The position numbers and the translations under genes are program-made. Of a stretch of DNA of 64,000 nt, positions 10,499 through 25,239 are shown piece by piece. The notes beneath the pieces were generated by a model, which worked only from the letters and a program-made list of their open reading frames with translations, ran no database searches and was not told the DNA's origin. The stretch is from the human T2T-CHM13v2.0 reference genome, Homo sapiens: assembly GCF_009914755.1 (NCBI RefSeq), contig NC_060934.1. The stretch is one strand, 5' to 3'. The first letter of the stretch is position 1. Every line of letters begins with the position of its first letter.

Positions 10499-12942
10499 AT
10501 CCATGTATGAAAAACCCACAGTTAACCTCATACTCAATGGTAAAAGACTAAAAGCTTTTTTTCTAAGATCAAGAACAAGACAGGGATGCCCACTCTCACC
10601 AATTTTATTCAACATAGTACTAGAATTCCTAAGCAAAGCAATTAGGCAAGAAGAAATAAAAGGTATGCAAACTGGAAAGGAAAAAGTAAAATTATGTCTG
10701 CTGGAAGACAACATGACTTACGCGTAGGACACCCTAAACATTACACATATACACATGTACAAGCTGTCAGAACTAACAAATCAGTTCAGCAAAGTTGCAA
10801 GATACAAAAACAACACACACAAAAATCAGTTGTGTTTTTATACACTAATAATAAACAATCCCAAAAGGAAATTCAGAAATCAATTCCATTTGCAATAGCA
10901 TCAAAAAGAATAAAATATTTAGGCCAAAGAGGTGAAAAACTTGTACAGGGAAAACTATAAAACATCACTGAAAGAAACTAAAGAAGAGGTAAGGAAAAGA
11001 TATCCTGACGGATGGAAAGACTTAAGATGTCAATATATCTGACACTAATCTACAGATTCAATGCAATCCTTACCAAAATTCCAGTGGCATTTTTGCAGAA
11101 ATATAAAAATTTATTCTACAATTCATATTGAATCTCAAGGGACCCTGAATAGCCAAAACAATCTTGAAAAAGAAGAAACACTTCCTGATTGCAAAACTTG
11201 TTACAAAGCTATAGTAATCAAAACAGTGTGATAGTGGAATAGAGATAGATACATAGACCAATAGAACAAAATAGCAAACCAAAAAATAAACCCTCATATA
11301 TATGGTGTGGTCAAATGGTTTTCAACAAGGGTGCCAAGACATTTTAGTCCCCTCAACAAATGGTGCTGGGAACATTGGATATTCACATGCAAAAGAATGA
11401 TATTGAATCCTTACCTTACGTCATGTATAAACATCAACTCAAAACAGATCAAAGACCTAAACTTAAAAAACTATGAAACTCTTAGAAAACAACATAGGGA
11501 GAAAGCTTCATGGCATTGGATTTGGCAAGGATTTCCTAGATATGACACCAAAAACAAAAACAAAAACCAGGCACCAAAAGAAAAATACACAAATTAGATT
11601 TTATCCTTTTTTTTTTTTGCGATGGAGTCTCGCTTTTGTCACCCAGGCTGGAGTGAAATGGCACAATCTCGGATCACTGCAATCTCCACCTCCTGGGTTT
11701 AAGTGATTCTCCTGCCTCAGCCTCCCAAGTAGCTGGGATTACAGGTACCTGCCACCAGGCCTGGCTAATTTTTGTATTTTTAGTAGAGATGGGTTTTTAC
11801 CACGTTGGCCAGGCTAGTCTTGAACTCCTGACCTCAGGAGATCCTCCTGCCTCAGCCTCCCAAAGTGCTGGGATTACAGGCGTGAGCCACCACACCTGGC
11901 CTAGACTTCATAAAAATTTGAAAATTCTGTACATTGAAAAGACAATCATCAGAGTGAAAGTGCAACATGCAGAATAGGAGAAAATACTTGCAAATCATAT
12001 CATTGATAAGGGTATGATGTTCAGAATATACAAAGATATAGAACTCAACAACAAAAAAATTAACAACTCAATTTAAAAATGGGCAAAGGACTTGAATAAA
12101 CATTTCTCCAAAGAAGATAAACAAATGGCCAAGAAACAGATGAAAAATGCTCAATATCACTAATCATTAGAGAAATGCAGATTGAAACCACAGTGAGATA
12201 CCACCTCACACCCATAAAGATGGCTGTTATTAAAACAAAATAAAACAAAACAAAAACCCAGAAAATAACCAGCACTGGTGAGGATGTGGAGAAATTGGAA
12301 CCCTTGTGCTCTGTTGGTGGGAGTGTAAAATGGCTCAGCTGCTATGGAAAACAGTATGGTGGTCCCTTGAATAATTGAAACTAGAATTACCATATGATCC
12401 AGCAATTCCACTTCTCATATATACATAAATAAATTGAAAGCTGGATCTCTAAGAGGTATTTGTTCACCCATGTTCATAGCAGCATTATACACAACAGCCA
12501 AAGGGTGGAAGCAACCCAAGTGTCCATTTTGTTTGTCCATAAACAAAATGTGGCACACACATTCAATGGAATATCATTCAGTCTTAAAAAGGAATGGAAT
12601 TCTGACGCATGCTACAACATAGATGAACCTGAGGACATTATGCTAAGTGAAATAAGCCAGTCACAAAAAAAGACGAATACTTTATGATTCCACTCATGAG
12701 GTACCTAGAGTAGAGTATTCATAGAGGCAGAAAATGGAAGTGTGAGGGACTTCCTCACACTTGGAAGTGCCATGGACTGAGGGACTGAGAGAATGTTATT
12801 TGATGGGTACAGAGCTTTGAAATATGCAAAGCATCCTGGAGATTGGTTGTACAACATGACTGTACTTAACACTACTGAATTGTATACTTAAAACTGGTTA
12901 AGTTGATAAATTTGTTATGTGTATTTTGCCACAATTTAAAAA
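10499..12942 (+). mobile_element. L1MB-like LINE-1 3' part (decayed ORF2 RT/C-terminus plus 3'UTR), interrupted by an Alu
   Basis: ORF fragments [18 protein letters not shown]...[16 protein letters not shown] and MFIAALYTTAKGWKQPKCP are L1 ORF2; L1MB-type 3' end. Confidence 0.93.
11606..11901 (-). mobile_element. Alu inserted in the L1
   Basis: Reverse dimeric Alu. Confidence 0.95.
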
Positions 12943-13105
12943 AATACCTATTTCCTACTTTGGTACACTGAGAAGACTTAAAAACATTAATAACTCAGAA
13001 GCAATGAGCACATCTAGTATCAAAATTGTGGCCCATTGGAAATACCAACCAGGTGCTTCGAATATCATGGATTTGAAACTTGAAATAGGAAATGAATAAG
13101 ATGGA

Positions 13106-13145
13106 GTGTGTGTGTGTGCGCGCGCGCGCGCGCACACACACACAC
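13106..13145. repeat. Perfect 40-bp palindromic (GT)n(CG)7(CA)n microsatellite
   Basis: GTGTGTGTGTGTG + (CG)7 + CACACACACACAC. Confidence 0.95.
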
Positions 13146-13367
13146 CAGTAAACAAGGAGACTCTTTAAGATTAGTTTGGTTATATTAGAAGAACATGGGG
13201 CCAGCTTGAAAAGACTCTTCCACTGTCCAAGATGAGAAATGGAACATCTAAGAGGAAAAATGACTGCAATTTATTCAAACACATTAAATTTATAAAAACT
13301 CATGAGTTCATTATTTTTAAAAAGTAAAAACACATAGAAAAGATTTTTTAAATTAAACCAGTGAACA

Positions 13368-13662
13368 GGCCAGGTGTGGTGGCTCACACCTGTAATCCCA
13401 ACACTTTGAGAGGCTGAGGTAGGTGGATCACTTGAGGCCAGGAATTCAAGACCAGCCTGGCCAACATGGTAAAACCCCATCTCTAGAAAAAATACAAAAA
13501 TTATCTGGGCATGGTGGCACATGTCTGTAATCCCAGCTACTTGGGAGGCTGAGGCAGGAGAATCACTGACCCCAGGAGGTGGAGGTTGTAGTGAGCTGCG
13601 ATCACGCCACTGCCCTCCAACCTGGGCAACAAAGCAAGACTCTGTCTCAAAAAAAAAAAAAA
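13368..13662 (+). mobile_element. Alu (AluS-like)
   Basis: Full dimer with A tail. Confidence 0.95.
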
Positions 13663-14121
13663 GAATGAATAAATGAAAATATGAAGAGAAAAAAGGATTT
13701 AAGAGACATAACTATTAAATGCAATAAGTGGAACTTATTTAGATCCTGATTTGAACAAACCAAGTATAAAAAGACATTTATGAGATAATTGGGGGAATTT
13801 TGAATATGGACTGGGTTTTACATTATATTAAGAAATCATTACTTTTTTGCTGGTATTATGAGTAAGAAAATGTCACAGTTTTTTAGAGAAATAAGGATAA
13901 AATGACATGAAAAATGATAAAATAACCAGAAATCTCAGAGAGATAAGAAGAAATAGTTGAATGAAGTAACCATGATAAAACATTAATAATTGCTGATCTC
14001 GGGTGATAGACATATCATGGTTCATTACATGTGACTCTACTTGTGTGTGTGTTTATACATTTTCATAATATGGAGTTAAAATTATATATTACACATGCTG
14101 CATTTTAAATGAACAGAAATT

Positions 14122-14421
14122 AGGCTGGGCGCAGTGGTTCACACCTGTAATCCCAGCACTTTGGGAGGCCAAGGGGGGCGGATCACCTTAGGTCGGTAGT
14201 TTGAGACTAGCCTGGCCAACACAGCAAAACCCCATCTCTACTAAAAATACAAAAATTAGTCGGGTGTGGTGGTGGGCGCCTGTAGTCCCAGCTACTCAGG
14301 AGGCTGAGGCAGGAGAATTGCTTGAACCTGGGAGATGGAGGTTGCAATGAGCCGAGATTGAGTCACACTGCACTCCAGCCTGGGTGACAGAGCCAGACCC
14401 CGTCTCAAGAATAAAAATAAA
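14122..14421 (+). mobile_element. Alu (AluS-like)
   Basis: Full dimer; TSD-like AAATGAACAGAAATTA / AAATGTACAGAAATTA. Confidence 0.95.
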
Positions 14422-15028
14422 TGTACAGAAATTAACACATACTACATAATGTCAACATTTCAACAAATAAAATTCCCTTCATATTCCTGAATTTCCTTCT
14501 AATCTTACTCTAACTTTATGCTTTGAATAAATTTGCCCACTCCACTTAATCTTTTCTGTTGTTTTTCTTTAAATTGATGGAAACACTGCATAGTTTAATT
14601 ATAATTGAACAATTATTGGAGTATACAAACATTAATAAAAATAATATGAAGGGCAATTTACATGCTCTCACTTTAGTTGTCAAAATTACACATTAAAGAA
14701 AATAAAAATTCATCACTTCATCTCTCCACCTGCCAAACATAAACTTCTAGTAGCAGAAAGTGAATTAGGGGCTATATTTGAAAAATGTACCTACCTCAAA
14801 ATAACTCCCCTTTTTGAGGAGGCAAATTCTTATGCTTATCATTAGAAGTTTATATGCAATGTATTATTATCCTATATGGCAATTTCTGAGTTTCAGAGGA
14901 AAAGATTTATTTTACCAAGAACTCTGACTTTTAGTATGAAACAAATATAACACAGTATCAATAGTACTTTTATGGACATTAAATAATACTTGGTGATTAT
15001 AATTATATCTTTATAAAATCTACTTTTT

Positions 15029-15918
15029 TGAAAAAAGAAATGATACGGTATGTGGCATAGACTATGAGGTGTGTTCACACTAGAAAATTGTCCTCTATAA
15101 ACGTTGAATTTTCCTCCTGAATGAGTGGCTCTGAGTCAACCAGAGAGGTGTAAGTGTTTTACAGGAATAAGTCCTAGGTGGTACTGAGAGACGTACTCAT
15201 TTACAGATAATCTGCATGGATAGTTAATTGTGGAAAACAGAATTAGTATCAAAATCATTTTGGTATGTTGGAAAGGGGATCGGGGGGAAAAAAGGCAGAA
15301 TGGAAAACCCAGAAATGATAAACTATAACATTAATCTAAAATAATTTACATAAACTCAAAATAGGGACCATCTGTCCACAGATTTGATAGAGACAAGTGA
15401 ACGCTGACAGTATAGAGCCATTGACAAATGTTAGTCTGAAAATGGCATGCTTGTAGACCCCATTAATATAGAAATTGCAGCCAAAGCTTTCTATAGTAAT
15501 CAAGAATATTCCCGGACCCAAAAACTGCATGGACAACTTACCACTAACTTGGATCTAGCCTCCTAGAAATCCTGTTTGTGCATCCCAAAGTCTATTTTAG
15601 AAAAATATTTCTATGTTATATCTTTGGTACCATATCAATTTCCTCTCTATTTTTTCTTATATTCCTAGTCACCTTTTCCCACCCTTCCAAGCAGTATTAA
15701 ACTGGGGTAAGGAAAGTGAAATAGAAGCTGCTGGTTTCTGCAAAGTTATGAGGCCTCATATGCCATTGTAAAACATTTGTAAAACATTTACATCTCTCTG
15801 GTTGACTCAGAACCACTCATTGAAGAAGAAACTTCGATGTTTATAGAGGACAATTTTCTAGTAAGTGTGAACACACCTCATAGTCTGTGCCACAAGCTAT
15901 ATACCATTTCTTTTTTCA
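15029..15918. repeat. Long inverted repeat: arms 15029-15163 and 15778-15918, ~615-bp spacer
   Basis: Arms align in reverse complement at roughly 85% identity by eye. Confidence 0.92.
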
Positions 15919-15999
15919 TTTACTATTTTGACTATTTGAATAGGACCCCAAAGCACCCTGGTGGGCTGAGAACCCTTTCCCAACCCACCGTATTTTGCA

Positions 16000-16200
16000 G
16001 AACAGCATGATTTGGTGTAAAAGCTTGCACTCTGAAGTCAGGCAAGCCTGGAATCTCTTTCTGATTTTTAACACCTCCTCTCGGGGCCTTAGCTTTTTCA
16101 TCTGTTAAATGGAGATAGTGAGAACCTCTTTCTCAGGGTTCTTATGGATAGTAAATTAAATGAGACAATATCTGTAATGCAAAAATTAACTGAAATACTA
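16000..16200 (+). mobile_element. MIR
   Basis: CTCGGGGCCTTAGCTTTTTCATCTGTTAAATGGAGATAGT core. Confidence 0.7.
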
Positions 16201-18140
16201 GATGTTATAAAATGATGGTGCTAGTACATATTTTAACTCCTTTCCTTTAAAATACCTTGGGATACCACCAACTTGAGCACCTTGGGTCAGTCTCGCTGGC
16301 CTGATTGGGCAGTGACAATTACCCCGGGGCCTTGGTCAGTAACCTTAACACTCAAGACGTTGTTATTTTCTCTGTTGTGTCATTACTGACGGGCTGGTTG
16401 GAGCCTTCTAAGAATGCTCTCTATAGCACTAACCCCTATAAAACAGTTAGACCTGTTTAACTTGGTGATGAGAGTTCAGAGAAGAACCACAGAGATCAAA
16501 GGGCAAAAGAGTAAAAGCTAAGAGAAAAAACTAAAGCCAGTGGACTGACTGAGCCAGGACGGTTGAGAGCTGGTTGCTGATAAGAGCCTTCACATTCTAC
16601 TGGGCTATTACTATGTAAAGTAAAGCCACTCAACCGTTTTCACTTTGGCACTGAAAAATATTCAATCTGCCAAGGTGCACCTGGGGACCCACACCCTGCT
16701 GATTAAAATTGGCATGGGAGGAGCAGGTCTTTAAAGAGACTACACTTGAATTTCATCAAGAAGCTAAAAATAGGATAGAGGAGCAATATAGAAGACAGGA
16801 AAACATTAAATTAGGAGTCTAACAGTAGTTGTTGCTGTTTGAAACCAGCCTAAGTTGTGAGGGAAATTTGATTTTCAGAGGAATTAGAAATCACTGGTTG
16901 ACATTCACAGTTTAGCAGCTACAATTTTCACTAGTCTTAAGCAACTGCAGTAGAAACTGGAGTAATTGGTATCTTTGCTGAGGCATGATCAGGAGTTCTG
17001 CAGATGGGTGCTCAGGATCGAGTTAGTAAGCAGACATCTAAAAACAGCCTGAATGTTTTCCTTTAATCACTGAAAACAGCAACTTGAATAAAAGGCAAAA
17101 AGCATTATTTTTGTGAAAAATCCCCCACATCTAGAGGAAAAAAAGTTGAATTTTGGTGCCTGTGATGAGAATAATTTAAAAATGATAGTTCTGATACAGA
17201 AAATGGAAGTTTACAACAAATTAAATATCGAAAGGTAAAATTGTTAGTGTGTGTGCGAGGGAGAGAGGTAGTTCTGCAGGGAAGCAAGGAACAGAGAGTG
17301 AAATCATTCAAGTGAGAGATAAAGCTTTAGGGATGGTTCATCAGGTGGTGATTGTATGTCTCTGTACAGAAAACACCAGACACTTGAGGAAAATGAAATG
17401 CATTTAGACCACTTTGTCAATGTCAAGTATCTGCAGCGAGGGTGAGGCCAGTGTTCAGTTCTTCCGCTTCACAGTGGAGGAAATGAGGATAAACCCAACC
17501 CTTGAATTCTGTTTGAAGAAAACAAAGAATTGTTGAATAGCAATGAGTCTCTGAAGTTTTGGAATAATCATCTCTGGAGATCTTTACAAACAGGCTAGAG
17601 TCTTATTTGCCACTCAATAGTTAATTCAAACTTTAAGCCTGAGGAACATGTAAAATGATTTCTCATCCTGCCCAGGACTTTTTGATTTTCAGAAATATAT
17701 ATGCTCTTTACCTTGGGTTATTAAGGAGAAATATTTTTGCTAGCACTAGGCTGGCAGAGCAGAATGTACCTTTTGTCAGATGTTCCAAGAAACATTTAAT
17801 AATATTACTTGGCATAAAAGATTACATATAGTTGAGGCCACAGCTTTTTTCACAGGATGACTCATCTAAAACAGGCCTACAATGTAAATTAGTAGCAGCA
17901 CCTCAAGCATAGTAAAAGTCTTGCAGGTGGTCAATCAGGATATATGCAAAAATAGGTGGGAAGGAAATAACTTTTGCTGTTATCCCATTTTGATTAGATT
18001 CTAATGTTATCAGTGTCAGGTTGAATACTTGCCCTTCATTTTAAAATTTTGAACTTACTATAACTCATTGAAAATACATTTATTTTTCCTTTTTTTCTGC
18101 ATATCTAAATCTTACTGTCATTTATATAATAAGAAAATAT

Positions 18141-18440
18141 TGGCCAGGAGCAGTGGCTCACACCTGTAATCCCAACACTTCGGGAGGCTGAGTTGGGAGG
18201 ATCACTTGAGCCTAGGAGTTCAGACCACTTGGGGCAACATAGTGAGACCTCGTCTCTGCAAAAAAATTTAAGTATTAGCTGGGTGTGGTGCTGCATGCCA
18301 TCAATCCCAGCTACTCGGGAGACTGAGGTGATCCTTTGAGCCCAGGAGCTCTGGACTGCAGTGAGCTATGATGGCGCCACTGCACTCCAACCTGGGTGAC
18401 AGAGGGAGACCCTGTCTTGGAAAAAAAAAAGAAAAGAAAG
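18141..18440 (+). mobile_element. Alu (AluJ-like)
   Basis: Dimeric Alu. Confidence 0.93.
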
Positions 18441-18525
18441 ACAGTATTGCAACCATTTACAAGTAGAGTTGCAGCTTAGGTTTGAGCTTGCTGCATTATC
18501 AGTGTAGAATTAAAAACATTTTTCA

Positions 18526-18821
<296 letters not shown>

Positions 18822-19401
18822 TCAAATCCAAATTTCATTATAAAATATTTTATTGTGGGTAGTGTTTTCCTAGTATACATTGATATACAATTCCAAACTG
18901 TTTTAGCTCATTAGTCCCCAGCATTTCTAGTTATGCATAAAATTCTTTAAAAAATCTTTCATGGATATTATTGTTTGTTCACTTAGAAAGTGTAATCTTC
19001 AGTATCATTCTAGTTGTTTTTCTTCTTGAGAGGACTTCTGGACTAGAAATATGTACTAATCACTCTTCTGTTTCCTGATTATGAACCTTGGAAGGGCAGA
19101 GAAGTTGTCCCAAAGTGAGACTGGGAAGGGGGAAATGAGTATATGAGCCATCCCAAAGACAGGAAACGAAAATGACAGGTAAACTGAAGGCAGGGATGAC
19201 ATCTAGGATGGCTCAAAAGCTAAACAACAGGAGATCTTTCTCCAAGAAAGGACCAAAGGAAAAGCATGAGTTTTTAAAGAGTTATTTAGACTTCAAGTCT
19301 GTGGTTATGGCTTCAGAACTACCCAAGCACATGTTAGGACCTTGCTAAGCCCTTTCCACACATTATCTCATTAAATCTTCAAGGTAGACCTTGCCAACCC
19401 C

Positions 19402-19553
19402 ATTTTATTTTATTATTTTTTAACTATTTTTTTTGTAGAGACAGGGTTTCACTATTTCATCCACGCAGGTCTTGAATTCCTGGGCTCAAGTGATCCTCTC
19501 ACCTTGGCCTCCCAAAGTGCTGGGATTACAGGCGTGAGCCACTGCACCCAGCC
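19402..19553 (-). mobile_element. Alu left monomer (FLAM-like)
   Basis: Single reverse arm. Confidence 0.85.
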
Positions 19554-19956
19554 ACCAACCTGATTTTAGAGAAAAATTTCAACCCACATATGTGCGGCTG
19601 AAAGCTCCTACTCGTAACCACTTTAGCTTCTTACCTGCTGGCTGCCTTATTCTTTTCTTGTGCTACCTTCCATGTCGTTTCTTTACTGTTCTTTTTCCTC
19701 TATTCCAGTTGCTTTAGAAGGTAGAACTTTTCTTCCTTCAGATCTACACCACTACTTTTATGTACCCTCTGATAATGAAACTGATGTTGCCAATTCAACT
19801 AGTAGAAAACGATCAATTCTAGGATATGTTTCATTGTTTTAGACCACATAACCTGTCAATGTATTGATATTTCTTCTCATTGAATTGACTCGTATTGTCT
19901 TTTTATTTGACTTTCACATCTTTTTCCTCTAACAGTTTATTTCTATTTGAGGTTTT

Positions 19957-20100
19957 TGAAATGCACCCATAGTCCCATAGATAGTTCTTATCATTATTTT
20001 TTGTAATATAAACATAGAAATTGACCCTTCTGTTCTTAAAGCTTGAAACTTGTATTTGTTTTATCTGCATTCCTTCCCCAAGAAATGACTGTCAGGCCTG

Positions 20101-20138
<38 letters not shown>

Positions 20139-20444
20139 CCAAAGAACTAGAACTCCCCAGATCACCACATCCAGACAATGGGATAGATGCGGACCCCTCA
20201 CTCATCATGATTGCTTCCTTGCCCCTTCTGAGTTCCTATTTTCTTACACATTGTTACATTTCTTCTCTGCTATATAAACCCCTAGTTTTAGCCAGTGGGG
20301 GAGATGGATTTGAGACTGAGCTTCCATCTCCTTGGCTGCAACACCCGATTAAATCCTTCTTCCTTGGCAACTCTTCTCTCAGTCGTTGGCTTTCTGTGCC
20401 CATAGCAGCAGGACCTAGACCAAACCCTTGGTGTTTTGGTTACA
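19957..20444 (+). mobile_element. ERV1-class solo LTR (subfamily not determined)
   Basis: TG...CA termini, TATATAAA at ~20272, ATTAAA signal, end GGACCTAGACCAAACCCTTGGTGTTTTGGTTACA; internal poly-A run. Confidence 0.75.
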
Positions 20445-20696
20445 ATTTCCTATAGAAGTTTTTTCAGGTGCTTCAAATTTGACAGATATTATCTTTCGGA
20501 TCTTTTTCAGTGTTGTAGTTTTCCCTATCACAGCTGAAAACTTAAATACTATTTATAGCAGGATTCGTTGTTCTCTGATATACTTTACAGAAAATGTTTT
20601 TAATACTGATTATTGGGTATAGTTTGATATACACTTAAATTTGGTATGAATCTGGATTCTGAGAACTTTTACTCATGCCTCATGCTGTTTTCATGA

Positions 20697-21012
<316 letters not shown>

Positions 21013-22034
21013 TGATTTTTGCTGATAATTTTGAGGCTATCACTCAGGGTTAGAGTAATTAGACACACCTTAGTGATATTTGCTATCTTCCTTTTTTATG
21101 TTTTGTTGGTGCTTTAGTTGCAGCTCATGCCAAAATCAATTAAATACCATGAGCAGGGAAACCCTTCCTGTTTCATGTCAGCACCATGATTTAAAAACTT
21201 AGATGCTCGTACAGCCTTTGTATATTGCCTGAAGGATGCTGACATTCACTGTGATGCAGCTGCACTTCCTGACAACCCATCACTGTCTATTACATGAATC
21301 ATTCCGATGGGTGTCATTACAGGGCATCACTGTGCCCTCTTCTAGCCTTGTAGGGACCTCTATTCATCCCACTCTAGAAGCCAAATGGATGCCAATGCAG
21401 TAATAGCACTGTTATTAAATAGGCTACTTAAGCAGTATTTTCTCAATTTAATTTGACCGTGCTTTACAGGGAGAGTTACAATCCTGAGCCACAATTAAAA
21501 TCCTGATCATAAGGTACTCACTTTTTTTAGACGGGCATATTAATGTTACTGCTTATTTTTAGTGGCGTTCTAGGGTCATGCATATACTGCGCAAAATAGA
21601 ACAGCGGGCTGAGAGTTCAGAATGTGCAGGGCTTTGGGATGACTTGTGGCTTGGCCCAGGCTAGTCACTTACCCCTTTTAAGACATCACTGAAAAAAACG
21701 GGAGTTCTGGGATATGTCTCCCAAGGGAACAACTGAGCTTCCCAATGGGGTGGGCAGAAAATTAACCTAGGTGGAACTCATCTATGAATACTTGAGTGTC
21801 TACTTCTTACAAATCTGTCTCTTTGTCCCTGTTTCTGACATAGGCATCCTAAGGGGCTCTAATTTCTCAGCGTTCACAATATACTAGACACGTAATGTAA
21901 TAAGCAATCTATTTATATTATTTCACTTGATTTTTGACAACCATCACATGAAATAAATATTAGGATCCAAGATTATAAATTAGGAAACATAGGAAGCAAA
22001 AGCTTAGAGTAATGACATTCAAAGTGTGATCTAA

Positions 22035-22485
<451 letters not shown>

Positions 22486-23004
22486 AAAAGCTGTTAACAG
22501 TCCACAATGAATTTAGAACAAAACTTGAGAGTATTGAGGAATATTTATAGCAATTTGGCATTGCTAAGATATTTTTATTGCATTTTGCAAAAGTATTGGT
22601 CCATAACAGATGGGAAATAGCAAGAAAGGAAGAACAGAAGAAGTGAAGGAAGGAGAAAAAAGCAGGGACAAAGGTTTAAAAAAAAAAAAACAAACCCTGA
22701 TCTTTCACTGTAGACAGCTTGAGAAACAGGGGCTTAAACCTTTAATGATGAGTCCAAGTTCCACATCAAGCACATTCCAGAACCAAGATTTACATCCTAT
22801 CCTGGCTTCAAACCCTTGCTCTTTAGCATACCACTCTATTACCTACTTGATAACAGTGATGATAAGTCAAGAAAGAAATAAAACAGCAATTTGATGACTA
22901 TCATTATCCTCTAAAGATTCAGGAACTCAAACTTCAAAATTTGGGAGACTAAAATAAGAAGAGAGTTTATACCTAAGTCAAGATTCTGGCCTACAACCAT
23001 CATC

Positions 23005-23009
<5 letters not shown>

Positions 23010-23037
<28 letters not shown>

Positions 23038-23752
23038 ATTATACTTTAAGTTCTAGGGTACATGTGCACAATGTGCAGTTTTGTTATATAGGTATACTGT
23101 GCTATGTTGGTTTGCTGTACCCATTAACTCGTCATCTACATTAGGTATTTCTCCTAATGCTATCCCTCCCCCAGCCCTCCACCCAATGACAGGCCCCAGT
23201 GTGTGATGTTTCCCGCCCTGTGTCCAGGTGTTCTCATTGTTCAATTCCCACCTGTGAGTGAGAACATGCAGTGTTTGGTTTTCTGTCCTTGCGATAGTTT
23301 TCTCAGAATGATGGTTTCCAGCTTCATCCATGTCCCTGCAAAGGACATGAACTCATCCTTTTTAATGGCTGCATAGTATTCCATGGTGCATATGTGCCAC
23401 ATTTTCTTAATCCAGTCTATCATTGGTGGACATTTGGGTTGGTTCCAAGTCTTTGCTATTGTGAATAGTGCTGCAATAAACATACGTGTGCATGTGTCTT
23501 TATAGTAGCAGGATTTATAATTCTCTGGGTATATACCCAGTAATGGGATGGCTGGGTCAAATGGTATTTCTAGTTCTAGATCCTTGAGGAATCACCACAC
23601 TGTCTTCCACAATGGTTGAACTAGTTTACACTCCCACCAACAATATAAAAGCGTTCCTATTTCTCCACATCCTCTCCAGCATCTGTTGTTTCCTGACTTT
23701 TTAATGATCACCATTCTAACTGGTGTGAGATGATATCTCATTGTGGTTTTGA
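23010..23752 (-). mobile_element. L1PA 3' fragment
   Basis: (TTTA)n tail, L1PA 3'UTR and ORF2 C-terminus MFIAALFTIAKTWNQPKCP. Confidence 0.95.
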
Positions 23753-23819
23753 GTTTCAACATCTTTTTGACTGTCATTATCATGGTTAACATTAATTGGG
23801 AGCTAAGACCCAAAAATTG

Positions 23820-24225
23820 TCCATGTGCTTCAAATGAATTATCCTATAATCCCCACGATAACCGAGTGAGGCAGTTATGATTTGGCTTTGTAGCATCGGA
23901 GCCAGGATGCAAATCGAGTGTGCTGGACACCAAGCCCTTAACCACTAGGTTATAATTTTCCCATCTGTAATCCATGATAGAGTCACAAGAAGGTTTGGCA
24001 AGGCACTAGAATTTATTCATTAATACCAGATGCTGGGTTTGAATTTCATTCTAGAGCTGTGTGATCTTGGACCTGTTACTTAACCTCTCTGTGTTTCAGT
24101 TATCACTGTAAAATGGGCAGAACAAGACCAGCCTCAAAGGTTTATGGCAAGAATTTAATTTTTAAAAATGCATATTTGCACAGTGCTTGGCACATAGATA
24201 GTACTCCATAAATGGTAGCTACTGG
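23820..24225. mobile_element. MIR fragments
   Basis: GCTGTGTGATCTTGGACCTGTTACTTAACCTCTCTGTG core. Confidence 0.7.
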
Positions 24226-24554
24226 TAATATTAAAATAATAAATCAGTAGTTTTTAGATTAACTCCAGAGTAAAAAAAAAGTGGCATTTGATAGTTTGTG
24301 GATTTTGATCCTCAATCATAGATTTTACTAAACTTTGCTTTTCACATTAATGTGTGGCTTTAAGGGGTTCTTTTATATTATGGAAGAGTGAAATTAACTT
24401 AATTCTTCCTATTTGCTATGATGCCACACTATTTCAAATATTCCCACTTAATTAAATTGCTGCTCCTTTAAATATTAAAATATGAAGACTTCAATAAACA
24501 TTTGGAAGGTCTTAATTCGGGGAAAGGAAACCATCATTTATGTGCGTTTCATTA

Positions 24555-24921
<367 letters not shown>

Positions 24922-25239
24922 TCAGAAAGCAAGAATATTTGCTTGTTTTGTTCCACAATGCCTAAAACGGTGTCTAGTGCTTAGTAGGTAGTCAATGTAT
25001 CTGTTGAATAAATGCATCTTATTGGATAACTCAGTCAGAGCAATGCATTCTTCTTTGAATTGGATTTAAGTTTGCCTTTTTAAAAATGTACCTTTTTTAG
25101 AAAATTAACGTTTGCTCTTTCTCTGCTAAGAAAAATCAGCTTTACTACACTGGAGGTGGGACCGAGGGAAGGAAACAAAGGCATTCTGTATTCACCTGCA
25201 TGAAGCAGAAAAGCCAGCCCGAAGCTACTGGCTGAGCTT

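Larger units (their letters stand above)
12960..14085 (+). mobile_element. Old L1MC/ME 3' region fragments (interrupted by an Alu)
   Basis: GATTTAAGAGACATAACTATTAAATGCAA...GATCCTGATTTGAACAAACC...GAATATGGACTGGG typical of L1MC4/ME 3'UTR. Confidence 0.65.

Noticed and set aside
10503-12687. Reverse-transcriptase-like ORFs as a functional gene
   Set aside because: Fragmented, frameshifted L1 ORF2 remnants; the same applies at 23.2-23.8, 39.4-39.8, 45.4-45.7 and 56.2-56.4 kb
16540-16615. Faint tRNA-Ile / tRNA-derived SINE resemblance
   Set aside because: No convincing B box or cloverleaf; similarity too weak to call by eye
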